From assembly GCA_048013815.1 (NCBI GenBank), contig CM106586.1, forward strand, positions 20,646,001-20,710,000: a DNA stretch of 64,000 nucleotides, read 5' to 3'. Shown here piece by piece: positions 35,954-51,355 of this stretch. Source of the stretch: Setoptus koraiensis. Taxonomy: Eukaryota > Animalia > Arthropoda. A model generated the notes under the pieces. That model was not told where the DNA came from, ran no database searches, and worked only from the letters and a program-made list of their open reading frames with translations. Position 1 is the stretch's first letter. Each line of letters opens with the position of its first letter. The position numbers were made by a program, and so were the translations under genes.

Positions 35954-38900
35954 TCGGCTCGCTTAGCTTGTGCACAGTCGGCCCATGCAACTGGACGAGG
36001 ATTGTTCTCATTTTGATGACGATGCTGCCGCTACTTTTGTTGGCGATTTGTAACAATTATCCAGGTACTCTCATCTGCAGCATTTAGCGCGCACACACAC
36101 ATGAATGGTCAGTCACTCCGGCCTCGTTGGTTATGTAATTGAACAATTAGAAGAAGAAAGAGAGGAAGAGCGTCGCCCTGAGTGTGTCGCTCTTTCTCAC
36201 ACTTGTCAGGAGGGCCAACTGTCCAACTGGGTTGCTGTTGCTGTTGCACACACAACAGTCAGTCTGATTAATGCTAATTTGCATGATACTAAACAGTGCG
36301 AGGGAGAGGGAGAGAGAAAAAACAACATCGTGATTCTATTGCTGCTGCTGCTAAACACAAATATGGACGTATCATGTTCATTCAGTTAGCCAGTTGATTT
36401 ATATGCTTAATACTTTGTTAATGTATGTATGCCCGGTTGCAACTTGGCCAACTTGTGAACAACCGCTATACCACGATCACGACCGAGAGCAAAGGGTTCC
36501 TAAGTGGTTAGTAGGTTTCTTTCAAATGCCTCTTCCTCTTATTATTATTTGTTGGCTTGCTCACTCACTCACCAGTTCACATATACAAACATTTGATATA
36601 TTTCATCATCATTAGGCGATTTCACTTGTTGCTTGTTTCACTTGTTGTGTGTGTGTGTGTGTGTGACTCTCTTTCAGCGGTGAGTCCCACAAATGTAATT
36701 GCTGCTAGCTTGTTTGTTTGTCTGTTTGTTTGCATATGAGCGAAAGTAGAGGTACAGCTAATCGATTTTGCTGTCTGTGTGTTGAAGCAAACAAAACGGA
36801 AAAGGAAATGAAATGAAAGATATAACTACACACGCTACCGGAGTGCTCACGTTTTTCTCATCACCGCGACCCATGTCCACTGTTTGTTGAACACATTCTC
36901 AGCACAAACAACTGGATCATCATTAGCTCCATTTCTTGAAACTATGTTGCTATGTTGAACTATGCAAGCAACAGCATACAACCTGAGTTTAACTAATTGA
37001 ATCATTGTTGTTCCAAGAGATGCTTCTTGGGCTGCGTGATCGCAGCCGAGCATCATGCAGCTAATCGCATGATAACGTTACCTGCATGGTGGCTAAAAAC
37101 CGCGCGCTTAAACGCATGTGAGCCTCAAAAATGATGTGCGCCTTTTTCCCATTCATCGGTGGCAAACTCGCATTTTTCGCAATAAATCGCTTTTTGATTG
37201 AAAACAAATGAAATCCAATGAAAAATCGCCATCGATGGGTTTTCAGCGGGCCAAACCGCCGAAACACTGTTATTCGCAACATTTTGCCAAAATTTGCCCA
37301 TGTGCTGTGAAAGTCACCCATTATGGCTTTCAGCGCGCATGTTTTGCCCATGTGTGTATGCATTGTGTAGCGCAAACCGAGCGCACTGGGAATCAGCATA
37401 GATGGGGGCAACTGTTGACACACACGAGCGTTGCCGCACGCGTGTTGCAAGTTGTGTGCCCAATATATGGGTTTAGTTTGGATGAAAAGAGTTAAAAATG
37501 AATCAGATTTGCTGTTGTTGTTTCCCAAAAGCGCATCCATGCACGATTTCCTGCTTGTTTTCTTTGTGTGCTGTTGCAACTTGCAAGTGCGTTTTCGCAT
37601 TTTTGGTATATTTTTGGCTAATCTTTGCTTGAATGGTCGCCACAATCACAGCCGCCAAATTACTATACACAGCATATATCAGCGAAACGGTTAAAAAGTT
37701 TACAACACAAACATCAACACTCAAGTCAGCGTGAGTGTGTCTGTAATTTTCTGGTGGTTGAGTCTCTTTGGTCTGATAGTTTCGAGATTATTTCGCTAAT
37801 TTAGAGATATTCATCATGAGATGATAGTGATGATAGCGTGTAGTGATGTGTACGATGATGCAACGCAAGTAATCATTATTAATCATTTGATTCACGTGAC
37901 CAGTTTAAATACAACTCACACTCATGCATGTTGCCGTATCCGAAGGTATCGGCAGATTTGCACACACTGTAAACATTTGTTGCGCATTGCAAACAAATGG
38001 CATGATGATATCGGTGGATTTGTTGCACTTGCACTTACACAAAGAGAGAAAGCATTGCACTCGGCGACTCGTTGGACTCCATTGATTGGAGACAACGATC
38101 GATCATCGAGTTTAGATCTGGCTAGATGTTTGTGTTCAGTTATCGTGCTCGTAGTACAGTTATCGTCGTCGTTATTAACTGTCTCGTCTGGCTAGCACAA
38201 TCAATTATTGGCGGGTCACATCATGAATTATGACGGATGCTGGCGCTGTTAGTTGGTCAACTGTGTATATATTCACAATTCTTTATATTCAGCCTTGTTG
38301 TGAATATAAAGAATAAAGTGAAATAAAATGTGTATTAGAAGTGTATTGGATGAATGGCGTCAACGCATCAAGTCAATTCCTGGCTGCTGACTGTTGGGCC
38401 GCCCGAATGACTGGCAATTGAATGGAATCGAGCTGAGCTGAGCTGAGCCGAGCTGAATAGAAATGCAAGATTTGAATGATTCCATTGGAATCAATTCAAT
38501 TCAATTGGAACGAAATGAAACGGAATACATTCATTGGCGTGCCTACCAACGTATGGAATTAAAATGGAATTAATGCAACAACAACAGACCTCGTATACAC
38601 AACTCTAGGTAGCGCCCGCAAATACCTAGAGAGCGACCAGGTAGCAACGTCGAGCAAAAGTGCTGATGGATCCATTCTCGCTTCCCGTTGATCGATTGTC
38701 GTCTCACAACTACTCCACAAGTCATCAACTGCGCGCCAGTTGACCAAGCAGCACTCACTCTAAGCGCATTTATCCGTCTTCTCAGCCATAGGCGCTCGCT
38801 AATATTTCGCCGACGAACTCATCGCGCGTTCCTTTCAATTATTTATCTGTCTATCTATGTGCATTTGTCGAGTTTATACTATATACTCTATAGTGTGTGC

Positions 38901-41900
38901 CGTCGAATGGTGGGCACGACCAAGATAATGATGAATTATGCACGCACACGCCGATGCAATAGCCAACAAGTTGCCGCCTCAACCCGAGATACTTCGACGC
39001 TGCAGCAATTAGTGGGACTTTCGCTAGACACTCGGGGCAAAAATGGCCGATTGTGTCCACTGTGCAGTGGCAACAAGTGTAATCGTAACAAGTGAATGGC
39101 GTGTTATTATCAAAACTATTATCTACATTTTATTGATATAGTCGCTTTAGCGTTACATAACACAGCTTTTACAGGCATTTGCTGAACGGGTTTGGGTGCA
39201 TGATCTTGTATAATAGCATACGATGAATATAATAATAAGCAGCAACGTTTAATTCTTGGCCAGTCACTCAAAATGGCGATGACTTAGGATGATAGAGGAG
39301 CGAGTTAGGAGAGATATTTTAGATTTAGATCAGTTGGTCAATTGATGGTGGTCATTCAACTGGCGCTGACCACCGGCCACCACTGTTGCTGCTGTTGATG
39401 GTGATTTAAATCAGGAGTGAGCTATTTATTAGTATTCACTCACTACTCACCCATCTAAATAAACACACTCAGTCGGTCTGATACACTCATGATGAATGAA
39501 TACGCTGTTTATACACTGTCGTCCAAACTAGACTGCTACACAAACACACACACACACTGATGATGGATGACCGTCCACAATGGCGCCGGTAACCGACACC
39601 GGTTACGTCATCGGGCAACTACATAACCGTGCAAGTGTACTATTGATGTTGGCCAAACGACCAGAGTGAGCAGTGAGAGTGAAAGCGGTGACAGCGAAAT
39701 GTAACGAGATATATGTGAAATAGACGAGAAATTAATAATGAAAGTAAACTCGCTGCTTACAGTGGTTAGGGCCGGTTGTTGTGGCCGACGTTTGTGGCGG
39801 CGGCTGCTTGCAAATGTTAGTAATAAATCAAACTCAATACTTTGGACATACTTTCCAGTAGACACTCAAACTAACAAAGTAGTTGCAGTGAGCCCAACGA
39901 TGCCAAGCCGCTTGAATAGAGCCAATGAAGATAGGCATAAATTAATAAATAAATTAATGCATAACCACAATACCATAATGCACACAAACGGTCGGCATAA
40001 TGGGTGCATGACAACATTATGGGTACATTACTGCATTATGGGCACTAATGGCCGCGCAAAGCTAACAAAGCAAGCGTTTCACGCAACATTTGGGGTGCCC
40101 AACGGTATCCTGGTGTAATTACGCTGAATACTGGACATGATGCGCAATGATAGACTCTATTGGTGACATCGATTCATTAACACTGACAAGTTAGCGTATG
40201 TGCGACTGGTTGTCGATTAACGCTAATCGCCAACATCAAGTCAGTATTTATAGTAACAGCAATAATAAATGAATTAATTGTATTGCATGATCGGCACACA
40301 GGATAAGCAAACTCACGACTTGTGAGCACTGTCACAACAAACAAATCGGTGTTGATAATATTGGTAGTTGATAGCAGCAGCAGCAGCAGATGTATGATGA
40401 TGAGCTCGAAAGTAGTTGTTGCATAACAACAAGTTTATTGACGAAAATGAGCGCATATCAGCGATGTGTTGAGCTAAAGACTGTATATGAGCTAGGCAGA
40501 GAAACGACTTATCTCATACACGGTTATATGTTGTCTACAAAGTGTTGCACAAAGTGAACGGGAGCCGAGCGAGACAAGGGAGTGCGGATAACATGACAAC
40601 GTATCGGCACAACATCTCTCTCCTCCCGTAGCGGTCATCATAGCGCGATTCAGGGGAGCCTCCCTGGTCGCTTGTAGCTGCCGGCGAGGCGGAGGAGGCT
40701 ATCGGGATCGGTATGATGAGCAGCTAATCGCATTAGCATTATGCTTCCTCATAACTAGATCGGGCAACCAGACAAACAAACAGACAAACAAGCAGCAGCT
40801 TGTTGTAGGCACACACAATTAGAGCGACTACACAGGGTTCAGGTAGTCTGGTGGTGAGAATAAATTATTGGTGGTAGTAAACGACGACATAATGAATATA
40901 ACAAGTGTAAGAAGAGCGACAAGAAAACGCTAAGTATTATTTAATTTGACGATGTTGACCACTATGACGATGACCACCGCGATGATGACGCTTATCCGTT
41001 ATTGTTTCACCCAAGAAACAATTTTTAGCTGGTAACCCGGTTACCAGCTAACTGACTCTGGCGTGCCGCTGCCAAATCGAGTCGAGTCGAGTCGAGTCGC
41101 ACCGCGCCGGGCCGGGCCGAGTCGAGCCACTCACCGGTCTTGCTAAGCTGTTTATTAATTTGACTCTCACTCACACTCTCATTTGGCTCAACACTGGACT
41201 GTTACTATCACTGCTATTATATGACGCAACTGAACTAAAAATATCGAAATGCCGCTTATCAGAGGGCCGTTATTTTATGTGCTCACTTTACAGATAGCTT
41301 ATATATGCTTTTATATGTATATATGTATCAGGTTTAGCTTTGCAGAGGTGGCCAAGGAAGAGAGAAAGTGAGTCCGATTGTCGGCTAGAGAGCCCGTTGC
41401 AGCAGCCAAGCGGACAGTTAAATCCACGTTAATTGTTGCTGGCCGGCAGCAGCAGCAGCACCAGTGAAAACGTAAATTTAAGTAAACGGAGATGATATGG
41501 CATCTCACAGGCCGTTACAAGTGATCTAGCTCACTTGTTACGGCCATGATGCTTAGCGATTGCCTCAAGGCTTCATCTACTAAACTGTTTAATCGACTTG
41601 TCGTTGTTGTTCGTCGCCGGCAACGCCGTAATACGATTGCGCCGGCCGGTCGGCCAGCCAGCAACCGGCACACTGACCAATTGAGCCAAACCAGATTGAG
41701 CTAGCTCACTCACTCACAACTCGGTCGCTACTGGTGCCAATTGCAACTTATTATTTAATACCATTTACATAACTGTAATCTCCTTAAATTCACTTCTGGC
41801 CACTGTCACTATCCGGCAGGCTATTTGTGTAATTATCATGGCAAGCAATTACGACCAGATATTGAACGACAGCGCGATAGGCGATTATCGATGCATCGGC

Positions 41901-44900
41901 GCTCAAGGGTCTTTCCGAGAAACCGAGAGCAAGCGACCGATCGAGCGACACAGATGCAAATACCAAATGCCAGGCGAATGGTGTTGCAGGCGATCGTCGC
42001 ATCAAGGCTAAAATTGGCCAGTATATTTACACATATTGCTATTATATCTTATATGTATATATATAAATATACTGACAGTACAGCTACACAAGCCCGATAC
42101 AGTTATGACGGCAGCGTGATTAGCAGTCAAGTAGTGTGCGAATCAGAGGCGAATCGCCGGCAAATATATTGCAAGTTCCAGGAAGCGAGCAAATCCGTTG
42201 TCTTGTATCTTATTTGTTTATCGATACGTCCGAGATGCGGCAGTAATCCGCCATTGCACACTCACAGTCAAAATAGCCATTTCGTCGGCTACCACATATA
42301 CATATATTCTTAGGTATATTCTTATTCGCAGCTATCAACTCGAATCAAATGGCGTCAGCTCACACGATGCAGGGCCTTAGGTTGGATTATGCATTGTGTG
42401 CCGATGCCAGCTGAGACCTGACAAATTAATTCAGCGGCCGTTATAATCAGTTTAATGCGAGCCAGCACAGTTTGATGGAGACTGGCTGGATTTGACATTT
42501 TCTGACCGTTTGACATTGAGTGCCCCAGTATCATTTGTCGGTGTAACAGTTGATTACGTTTTGCAGCAATGCTGTCGAACGCAACAATCATTTGTGCAAT
42601 TACCACTAGTCTAGATTGTCAACCCGTCATGCAGCTATGAGCCCGGCGCTATGACGAACGCAAAGCAAACTGACCAGACGCTGCAACTTGAACGCGGATC
42701 TGGCGAGCCTCTAGGCTCTCTCTCTCTCAAATACTTTGCACGACTGATACGACCAAGCTAACGATGCATCGGCACGACAAGCGCCAGCCCCGTTCCAGTT
42801 GCGCTTAATTGATGGGCGACAAATCCGAAGCGGATGAGACAGCTTGACGGTACACATGACACATCGCTGGCCCACTGGCCGGCCGCACATTTTAACGGGC
42901 GACTCACGGGCTCACGAGAGGCCCGATTTACTCAAATGCGATGGCAAAAATGGCAAGTGCGATAAGTTTCATCAGAGCTTCGGTGCGACTGATATTAATC
43001 GATTGTGTCGCGACACATTGCCTTCAGAGACAACATCGACATTTAGTTGAAAGTAATATCGTCCAGCAGCGGCAAGCGACCATTGGCTAGCTAGCTGCGT
43101 TTTGGGCAGCTCGTTACGCCAATCAGTGGCCGTGCCAATCAGTGTGCAGCGTCTAATGATTGTCCATCACGTCAACCCAAAATAACTGACAAAATCGCCA
43201 TGCCAGACAGTTGCATGGCGATGATAATAATAATAATATCGCCGGAAAATCCCTCAATCTCGAAGCAATATGTCAGTGGCAGAATTTGGACAAGTGGCAC
43301 CACCTTCAGACAAATATATGTACATGTATATGTTGGATAATTGCAACTTGTTAGTGCTGCCATCTGTCAATAAGGCATAACTGTAATATATTTGAAAAAA
43401 TAATTAGCCTGCTGCTCCACCTGATGACGCAAAGTGCCACTACTATGTGCGATGACACCTGTCAAATTGGCCCAATCCGCCGACTTAGCCGGGCTCACAA
43501 TTGTCAGTGTCGGCTCACAATTGGCTTGTTTGAGCAGTTCTCGGCAGGCTCATCTCACACCATCCACAATGAGCCAATTGCGTAACAGTTTATAAGGCCA
43601 CTTGTGACTGGAGCGCAAATCAGCCAATTAAGCCGAACATCGCTGCCTTCTAAAATCCATTCACCACAAGAGCACTATTAAGCAAAATTGAGCCACTACA
43701 GAGACCGGCAACATAGATATAGAAGCAATATTTTTGAGTTTTTTGCAGTATTTGGCCTGCTGAACAATAATCACCACAAATGGGATAATGTGTGTGCGTT
43801 GAGCCACCGAAAAAAAGATGGTCTCCTTAGGAGAATTCAAGCCACTCGGACACAGGTCTCACTAGAAAGAAACAAGCTTATCCTCACAAGACCGACTGGA
43901 ATCTTCTTCAGTGTAAACTACAACAACTGCGCATAAGTCTCATGTTTGTTGCAACAGGCTCATATAGTCTGGTGTTTACTTAGGTGAAAACTCGTTTTCA
44001 AGCTCAGCGCCGGCGATGCTCGACGCCACTTGGCTGCCCCTTACATACACATAGATATATTCACATATAAATATATATCTATGTTTATATGTGGCTCTCT
44101 TAAACGGCTCGCTAGGCCGCGATGGGCTAGCCGCTGCTTTGTGAGCCTGGCAAGCTAGTTCCTGCCACTGTTGCTATTGCTGTTGTTGTTGTTGTTGTGT
44201 TGATGTTGTTGTTGTTGTTGTAAACAGCTAGACCAAACAAAAAGCCGGGGTACAGAATATGGAGTGAGACCAAAAATAGTACACAATCGTAACATTTTTA
44301 TCTTTTAGCGTTCATTGCTACTGTCGCTTTTGTTGTATTAAATTGTTATCATCATTTTATCTGTTTTTTGTTGTTGGACAAATCAAAAGCAGCAAACGCT
44401 TGATAGCTGTCAACGGGATAGGACGAGACGAACACACATAATTGGAGCTAATTATTCCCATCATAATAATTGCAACATTAAATCGGAGCGGACATTTCAA
44501 CAGGTAAAGTTTGAGTGCAATCATCAACAAATACGTCACAACAATCGTTAGTACACAACGTTGTTGGTAAGTACAAAGACGGGGCTAATCAAACAAACAC
44601 GGCATACAAATTGAATCTTGTCACCATGACAAGCGTGGCTTGTCGCGCTAGGCGACCATTTCGAAGTTGCTCGTAATTTTTGCACAAAATTATCACTTTT
44701 AGAGAAAACGAACCTTGAAAGCAGCTCTAGCCCACACTACTGAAGGTCGAGAGAGCCCCACGGCTGAACTGAGGCCCATCAATGCTGGCTGGCTGGCTGG
44801 TTGAATGCTGTTTGCCGAGATTGATTCGATCTATTATCGGAGAGCATTCTGTTCAGCCGGGCTTTTTTACAAGTTTTGCGCCCACATAGCGAGCGGAGAT

Positions 44901-45448
44901 GTAAAATGACGATTGAGTCGTTAATTAGCTCAATGAAAGCTCAATCAATTAACTGAGTGAATAGACGTCAGTCGTCCGACAATGAGGATCTGTCATGTCA
45001 GGCGACTCGCTGACAACTGTGTACAAACGCCGCGCGATTTCGCTCATGTGCGCGCCCGCTCACAAATGCTTTTTCTGTGCGGCTCAATTTGAGCGACTCA
45101 GATCAGAGTCGAGGACTCAGCAATTGAAGCACAACTTGCATCGAGTGCACACTAAAATCTAGATTGACACTGTTCCAGCCACTGACACAGTTGCATGATG
45201 ATAATATTATAATCGTTATTATTATTAACACTGTTATTACATACGATTATATCACAACAATATAGTTTATTATTTATTCCACACAATAATACGTTTCTCT
45301 TATATTTATATATATCCCATACATATATCTATATATATTTGTATGTTTTGTATCTTCTCGCAGGAAAGAAGCTGTACGGAATAGAGGCACCACCATATTG
45401 TGCGGCAATCACCATACTTTACATAATACTATTAGTTTATATTGCTAA

Positions 45449-45691
<243 letters not shown>

Positions 45692-46366
45692 GCCAATACA
45701 CACACACACATACACACATACAAACACAAATACATGCACATTCTCTAGCTCCTCCAATCCATTAACTTGAGGATGATCAATCGATAAATGGCAGCAGACT
45801 TGCTGCCAGCAAATGTTTAACTGTGTTCAACCTCTCACACAAACACACCCTTACGCGTTGGCACAATCTAATCAATGGCCAGCTCTTTTCTTTTAGCGAT
45901 GGTTGTCTGCAAATCAAAATAGCTATCAATTTAATACTATTATGCGAGTGAAAAGATGTGTCTGATCTTCCAGCTTAAATAAAAGTTCTAATAACAAACC
46001 TCTACGGCGCGTGCCTTTTTTTGCTAATTAAAAACTGTCGCTCTCAACAGTCCAGTATAGACCCTGACTATAAATATAACGACCGCTGATATCCGGTGGG
46101 CTAAGTTGTATCCCTCGCTCATCGATGCCTAGGACAGAGACAAAAATAGAAAATTGAATCGTCATCTAATAAATATTTAAAACTTTGAGGCTTTGAATTT
46201 CGCGCAAATAACAACGGTATGAGCGGTTGAGGCAATCGGTGCCAGTGGAGACATTAATTTAGGTGTGACACCTATACTTTGTTTACAATCGCTCCGGGGA
46301 CCATTAATGGCAACGCAACTATAGTATTAATCATCACTTGACCTATCACTGAACGCAAGAGGGAAG

Positions 46367-48111
<1,745 letters not shown>

Positions 48112-48241
48112 CCTTACACCACAACAATTCTACATTACTCATTTCTGTTGTCATAATACAGGTAAACAGTTGTTATCTTACTCAAGTTGATATGCATCAT
48201 TAATTAACACATTCACCTAGTGTCACAAACCCCTCAAGAAA

Positions 48242-51200
48242 ATGTCAGTATCTAACTTGTCGTCCACCACGGACGAGTACCAGCAATCACTTTTGGGTCA
48301 ATCTATGATGTCCACCACTGGCATCAATGACACCAATAAATTGTTTGAGGCAGTAAAAAATGGTCGCTCAAATCTGCAAACTCTCGTTGACGAATGGATC
48401 GAACAGTATCGTCAGGATCGCGAAGGAGCCATTATAGAGTTGCTAAATTTCATAGTTAAATCATCTGGATGTAACGGTAGAATAACACAAAGAATGCGCG
48501 AAACTATGGACAACTCCGTTCTTATTAGATCTCTAGTAGACGAGTTCGACATTGATGGCGCTGATTATCCACTAGTAATGTCAGGTCCACAATGGAAAAA
48601 ATTTCGACAGACATTCTGTGAGTTTATAAATACTCTCATCAAACAATGTCAATATAGTGTCATCTATGATCAATATATGATGGAATCGTTCATATCATTC
48701 CTCATCAGTTTAAGCGACTCACAAGTAAGAGCTTTTAGACATACGGCCACTTTAGTGGCCATGAAACTGATGACCGCTCTGGTTGATGTCGCTCTAACAT
48801 TGAGTATTAATTTCGACAACATATCCCGCCAATGCGAACAAGAAAGAAGGAAAGTCGACGCTAGGAGGCGCGCCAACGAAAGATTTGACTCGTTGATGTT
48901 GAGACGCCAAGAAACCGAGGTCAATATGGAAGATATTAGAACAATGTTAGGATATCTATTCAAATCCATATTTGTCCATCGCTACAGAGACACCTTCGCT
49001 GAAATACGCAGCATATGTATGCAAGAGATAGGGGTCTGGATGAGACGTTTTCCAAATCACTTCCTCGATGATTCATACTTAAAGTATGTTGGTTGGACAC
49101 TCCATGACAAAATGGGAGAGGTCAGATTGAAATGTTTGAATACACTACTGCCATTGTATGAATCGGAAGAGATAGCACGTAAAATGGAACTATTCACTAA
49201 CAAATTCAAGGATCGTGTATTAGCCATGACTTTGGATAAGGAAAGCGAAGTTGCTGTCAAGGCTGTGAAACTTATAATTAGCATCCATCGATACCACCGT
49301 GAAATACTAGGCCCGAAAGATTGCGAGCATGTTTACGAGTTGGTATTTGCTACCAATAGAAGCGTTGCTTGTGCAGCAGGAGAGTTCTTAAATGAACGAC
49401 TATTCCAAGTTGACGAGGAATCAACTCGAGGTCTTAGAACGCGCAGGGGTAAGAAACGCTCAATGCATACACCTTTAATTAGGGATCTCATTCAGTTTTA
49501 TATCGAGAGTGAGCTCCACACCCACGGAGCTTATTTAGTTGATTCACTGATTGAAAGTCATCCAATGATGAAAGATTGGGAGTGCATGAGCGATCTTCTA
49601 TTGGAGGAACCCGGGCCGGATGAGGAACCTCTCAATGACCAACAAGAGTCGAGTTTGATTGAAATCATGGTCTGTTGCGTAAGACAAGCTGCCACAGGAG
49701 AATCTCCTGTCCTAAGAGGAACTCAACGTAGACAACTCTCAGCCAAAGAATCCAAAGCCATTCAAGATGATCGTCAACATATATCAGAGCATTTCATCGT
49801 CACTTTGCAGAAATTGCTTGACAAATATAAAACAGACAAAGACAAGGTATCCAATCTCATGCAAATACCTCAATACTTCGAATTGAATCTCTTGACCCAA
49901 CATAGCGACCAACTATGTGATCTTTTGGTTCTTATTCAGCAGCTGGTGGAAATACACAACGACGAAGAGGTGCTAGAAAGTTGTGCCAAAACTCTACTAT
50001 ATCTCAATGACGACACATTCACATTCGGACGAAATGTTTCATTGTCGATCGGTGAAATATTGGATGCGTTACGAGATAAATATTATACAGCCGGAGACAA
50101 TTATACTACCAATCCCGAAGGGGATGAAGAGAGAATGATGTTATCGTTAGCTATCTTCAAGATTTCAGTGTTCAACTCCTGCCATGACATGTCCGCCATG
50201 ATAAATTGGAGGGACATGTTTGACAAATGGATCAGAAATCGACATCAAGAAAACGAGATGGTACCATATGAAGCTACTCAGCACGCCGTTGGTTTTTGTC
50301 ACATGGCGCTTATCTGGGAGTTGAACAGGACTATACTCAACGATACAGAAACTGAATCTCTCAAAAAAATGCTCTATGAATTTGTTTTGGAATGTCACGC
50401 GATGTTGTCGTATGGTAACCAATGCTTGAGAGATAGTGTCTACAAAGTCCTGTGTGACACTTTGGTTGTCTTCAGTCCAAAGCTATCGGAAACTCTACCG
50501 AAATACTCAAATCTATCTTTTCAGGTTGATCGATATCTTGTCAACTCATTAGAACAATTTCTCGAGACGAGAGTCTTTGTTCCCGACGAAGAAGCGGACG
50601 AACAAAAACGTATACTATCATTACATCAACGAAGACATTTTCTGTCAGCTTATTGTAAACTCATAGTTTATAATATAGTGCCTATCCGCCACGCAGCTTG
50701 TGTCATAAAGCACTATGTTCGGTACTCACTTCCGTATGGAGATATAATCAAGAATACATTGTCGAAGATACGAGAAATCAACAGAGTAGCGTGCGCGCGA
50801 ACAATGGCTGTAGCTTTGATAGATTTGTTCACACAAATTCGTCAAGAGTCAACAGGAAATCCTAATGCTTATACAAGACAAGATGAGAACTTTCAAGCTC
50901 TCAAGGAGCTTGGTAAAAGATTCGCCCTTTCATTCGGATTGGATCTAATGAGAAACCGAGATGCTGTTGCAGCCCTACACAGATCAGGAATTCAGTTTAC
51001 ATTTACCACAGTGGAGAATCCGGATAGTATACTGGGACCGCCACCCAACTTACCTTTCTTGGAAATTCTAAGTGAATTCTCAAATAAACTGCTTCGACAG
51101 GATAAAAGAACAGTATTAGCTTATTTAGAGAAGTATGTCAGAACAGCTTTACCAGGTCAGCATAGCGTCGAAGAGCAACCCTTGATAAGTTATAGAAACT

Positions 51201-51355
51201 CATTACAACAAAGCACCGATTTCGATATGCCAGCAAACAGAGCCCCAGCCCCGCGTCATTACAGTAAAGGCAAGAAACGCGGTCATGATGAAGGCGATGG
51301 AGAAGATGTTCCTGATGACGACCAGTCCGTGACCTCTGGTATGACTGGTGATTGA
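48242..51355 (+). CDS. STAG1: Cohesin subunit SA/STAG (stromal antigen, Scc3), single-exon CDS, 1037 aa
   Basis: STAG/SCD motifs: LSDSQVRAFRHTATLVAMKLMTALV, IFVHRYRD...EIRSIC..EIG.W, FLDDSYLKYVGWTLHDK..EVRLKCL, KDWECM..LLLEEPG, FALSFGLD...NR.AVAALHRSGI.F. Vertebrate paralogue number not resolvable. Confidence 0.95.
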   Translation: MSVSNLSSTTDEYQQSLLGQSMMSTTGINDTNKLFEAVKNGRSNLQTLVDEWIEQYRQDREGAIIELLNFIVKSSGCNGRITQRMRETMDNSVLIRSLVDEFDIDGADYPLVMSGPQWKKFRQTFCEFINTLIKQCQYSVIYDQYMMESFISFLISLSDSQVRAFRHTATLVAMKLMTALVDVALTLSINFDNISRQCEQERRKVDARRRANERFDSLMLRRQETEVNMEDIRTMLGYLFKSIFVHRYRDTFAEIRSICMQEIGVWMRRFPNHFLDDSYLKYVGWTLHDKMGEVRLKCLNTLLPLYESEEIARKMELFTNKFKDRVLAMTLDKESEVAVKAVKLIISIHRYHREILGPKDCEHVYELVFATNRSVACAAGEFLNERLFQVDEESTRGLRTRRGKKRSMHTPLIRDLIQFYIESELHTHGAYLVDSLIESHPMMKDWECMSDLLLEEPGPDEEPLNDQQESSLIEIMVCCVRQAATGESPVLRGTQRRQLSAKESKAIQDDRQHISEHFIVTLQKLLDKYKTDKDKVSNLMQIPQYFELNLLTQHSDQLCDLLVLIQQLVEIHNDEEVLESCAKTLLYLNDDTFTFGRNVSLSIGEILDALRDKYYTAGDNYTTNPEGDEERMMLSLAIFKISVFNSCHDMSAMINWRDMFDKWIRNRHQENEMVPYEATQHAVGFCHMALIWELNRTILNDTETESLKKMLYEFVLECHAMLSYGNQCLRDSVYKVLCDTLVVFSPKLSETLPKYSNLSFQVDRYLVNSLEQFLETRVFVPDEEADEQKRILSLHQRRHFLSAYCKLIVYNIVPIRHAACVIKHYVRYSLPYGDIIKNTLSKIREINRVACARTMAVALIDLFTQIRQESTGNPNAYTRQDENFQALKELGKRFALSFGLDLMRNRDAVAALHRSGIQFTFTTVENPDSILGPPPNLPFLEILSEFSNKLLRQDKRTVLAYLEKYVRTALPGQHSVEEQPLISYRNSLQQSTDFDMPANRAPAPRHYSKGKKRGHDEGDGEDVPDDDQSVTSGMTGD

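Noticed and set aside
37057-40733. 14-mer GCAGCTAATCGCAT occurring at 37057 and 40720
   Set aside because: Several repeated 14-mers are expected by chance in 64 kb, and the flanks do not align.
43688-43990. Acceptor-like site and 82-aa ORF in the desert
   Set aside because: None of the frames translated gave a recognisable protein; most contain stops.
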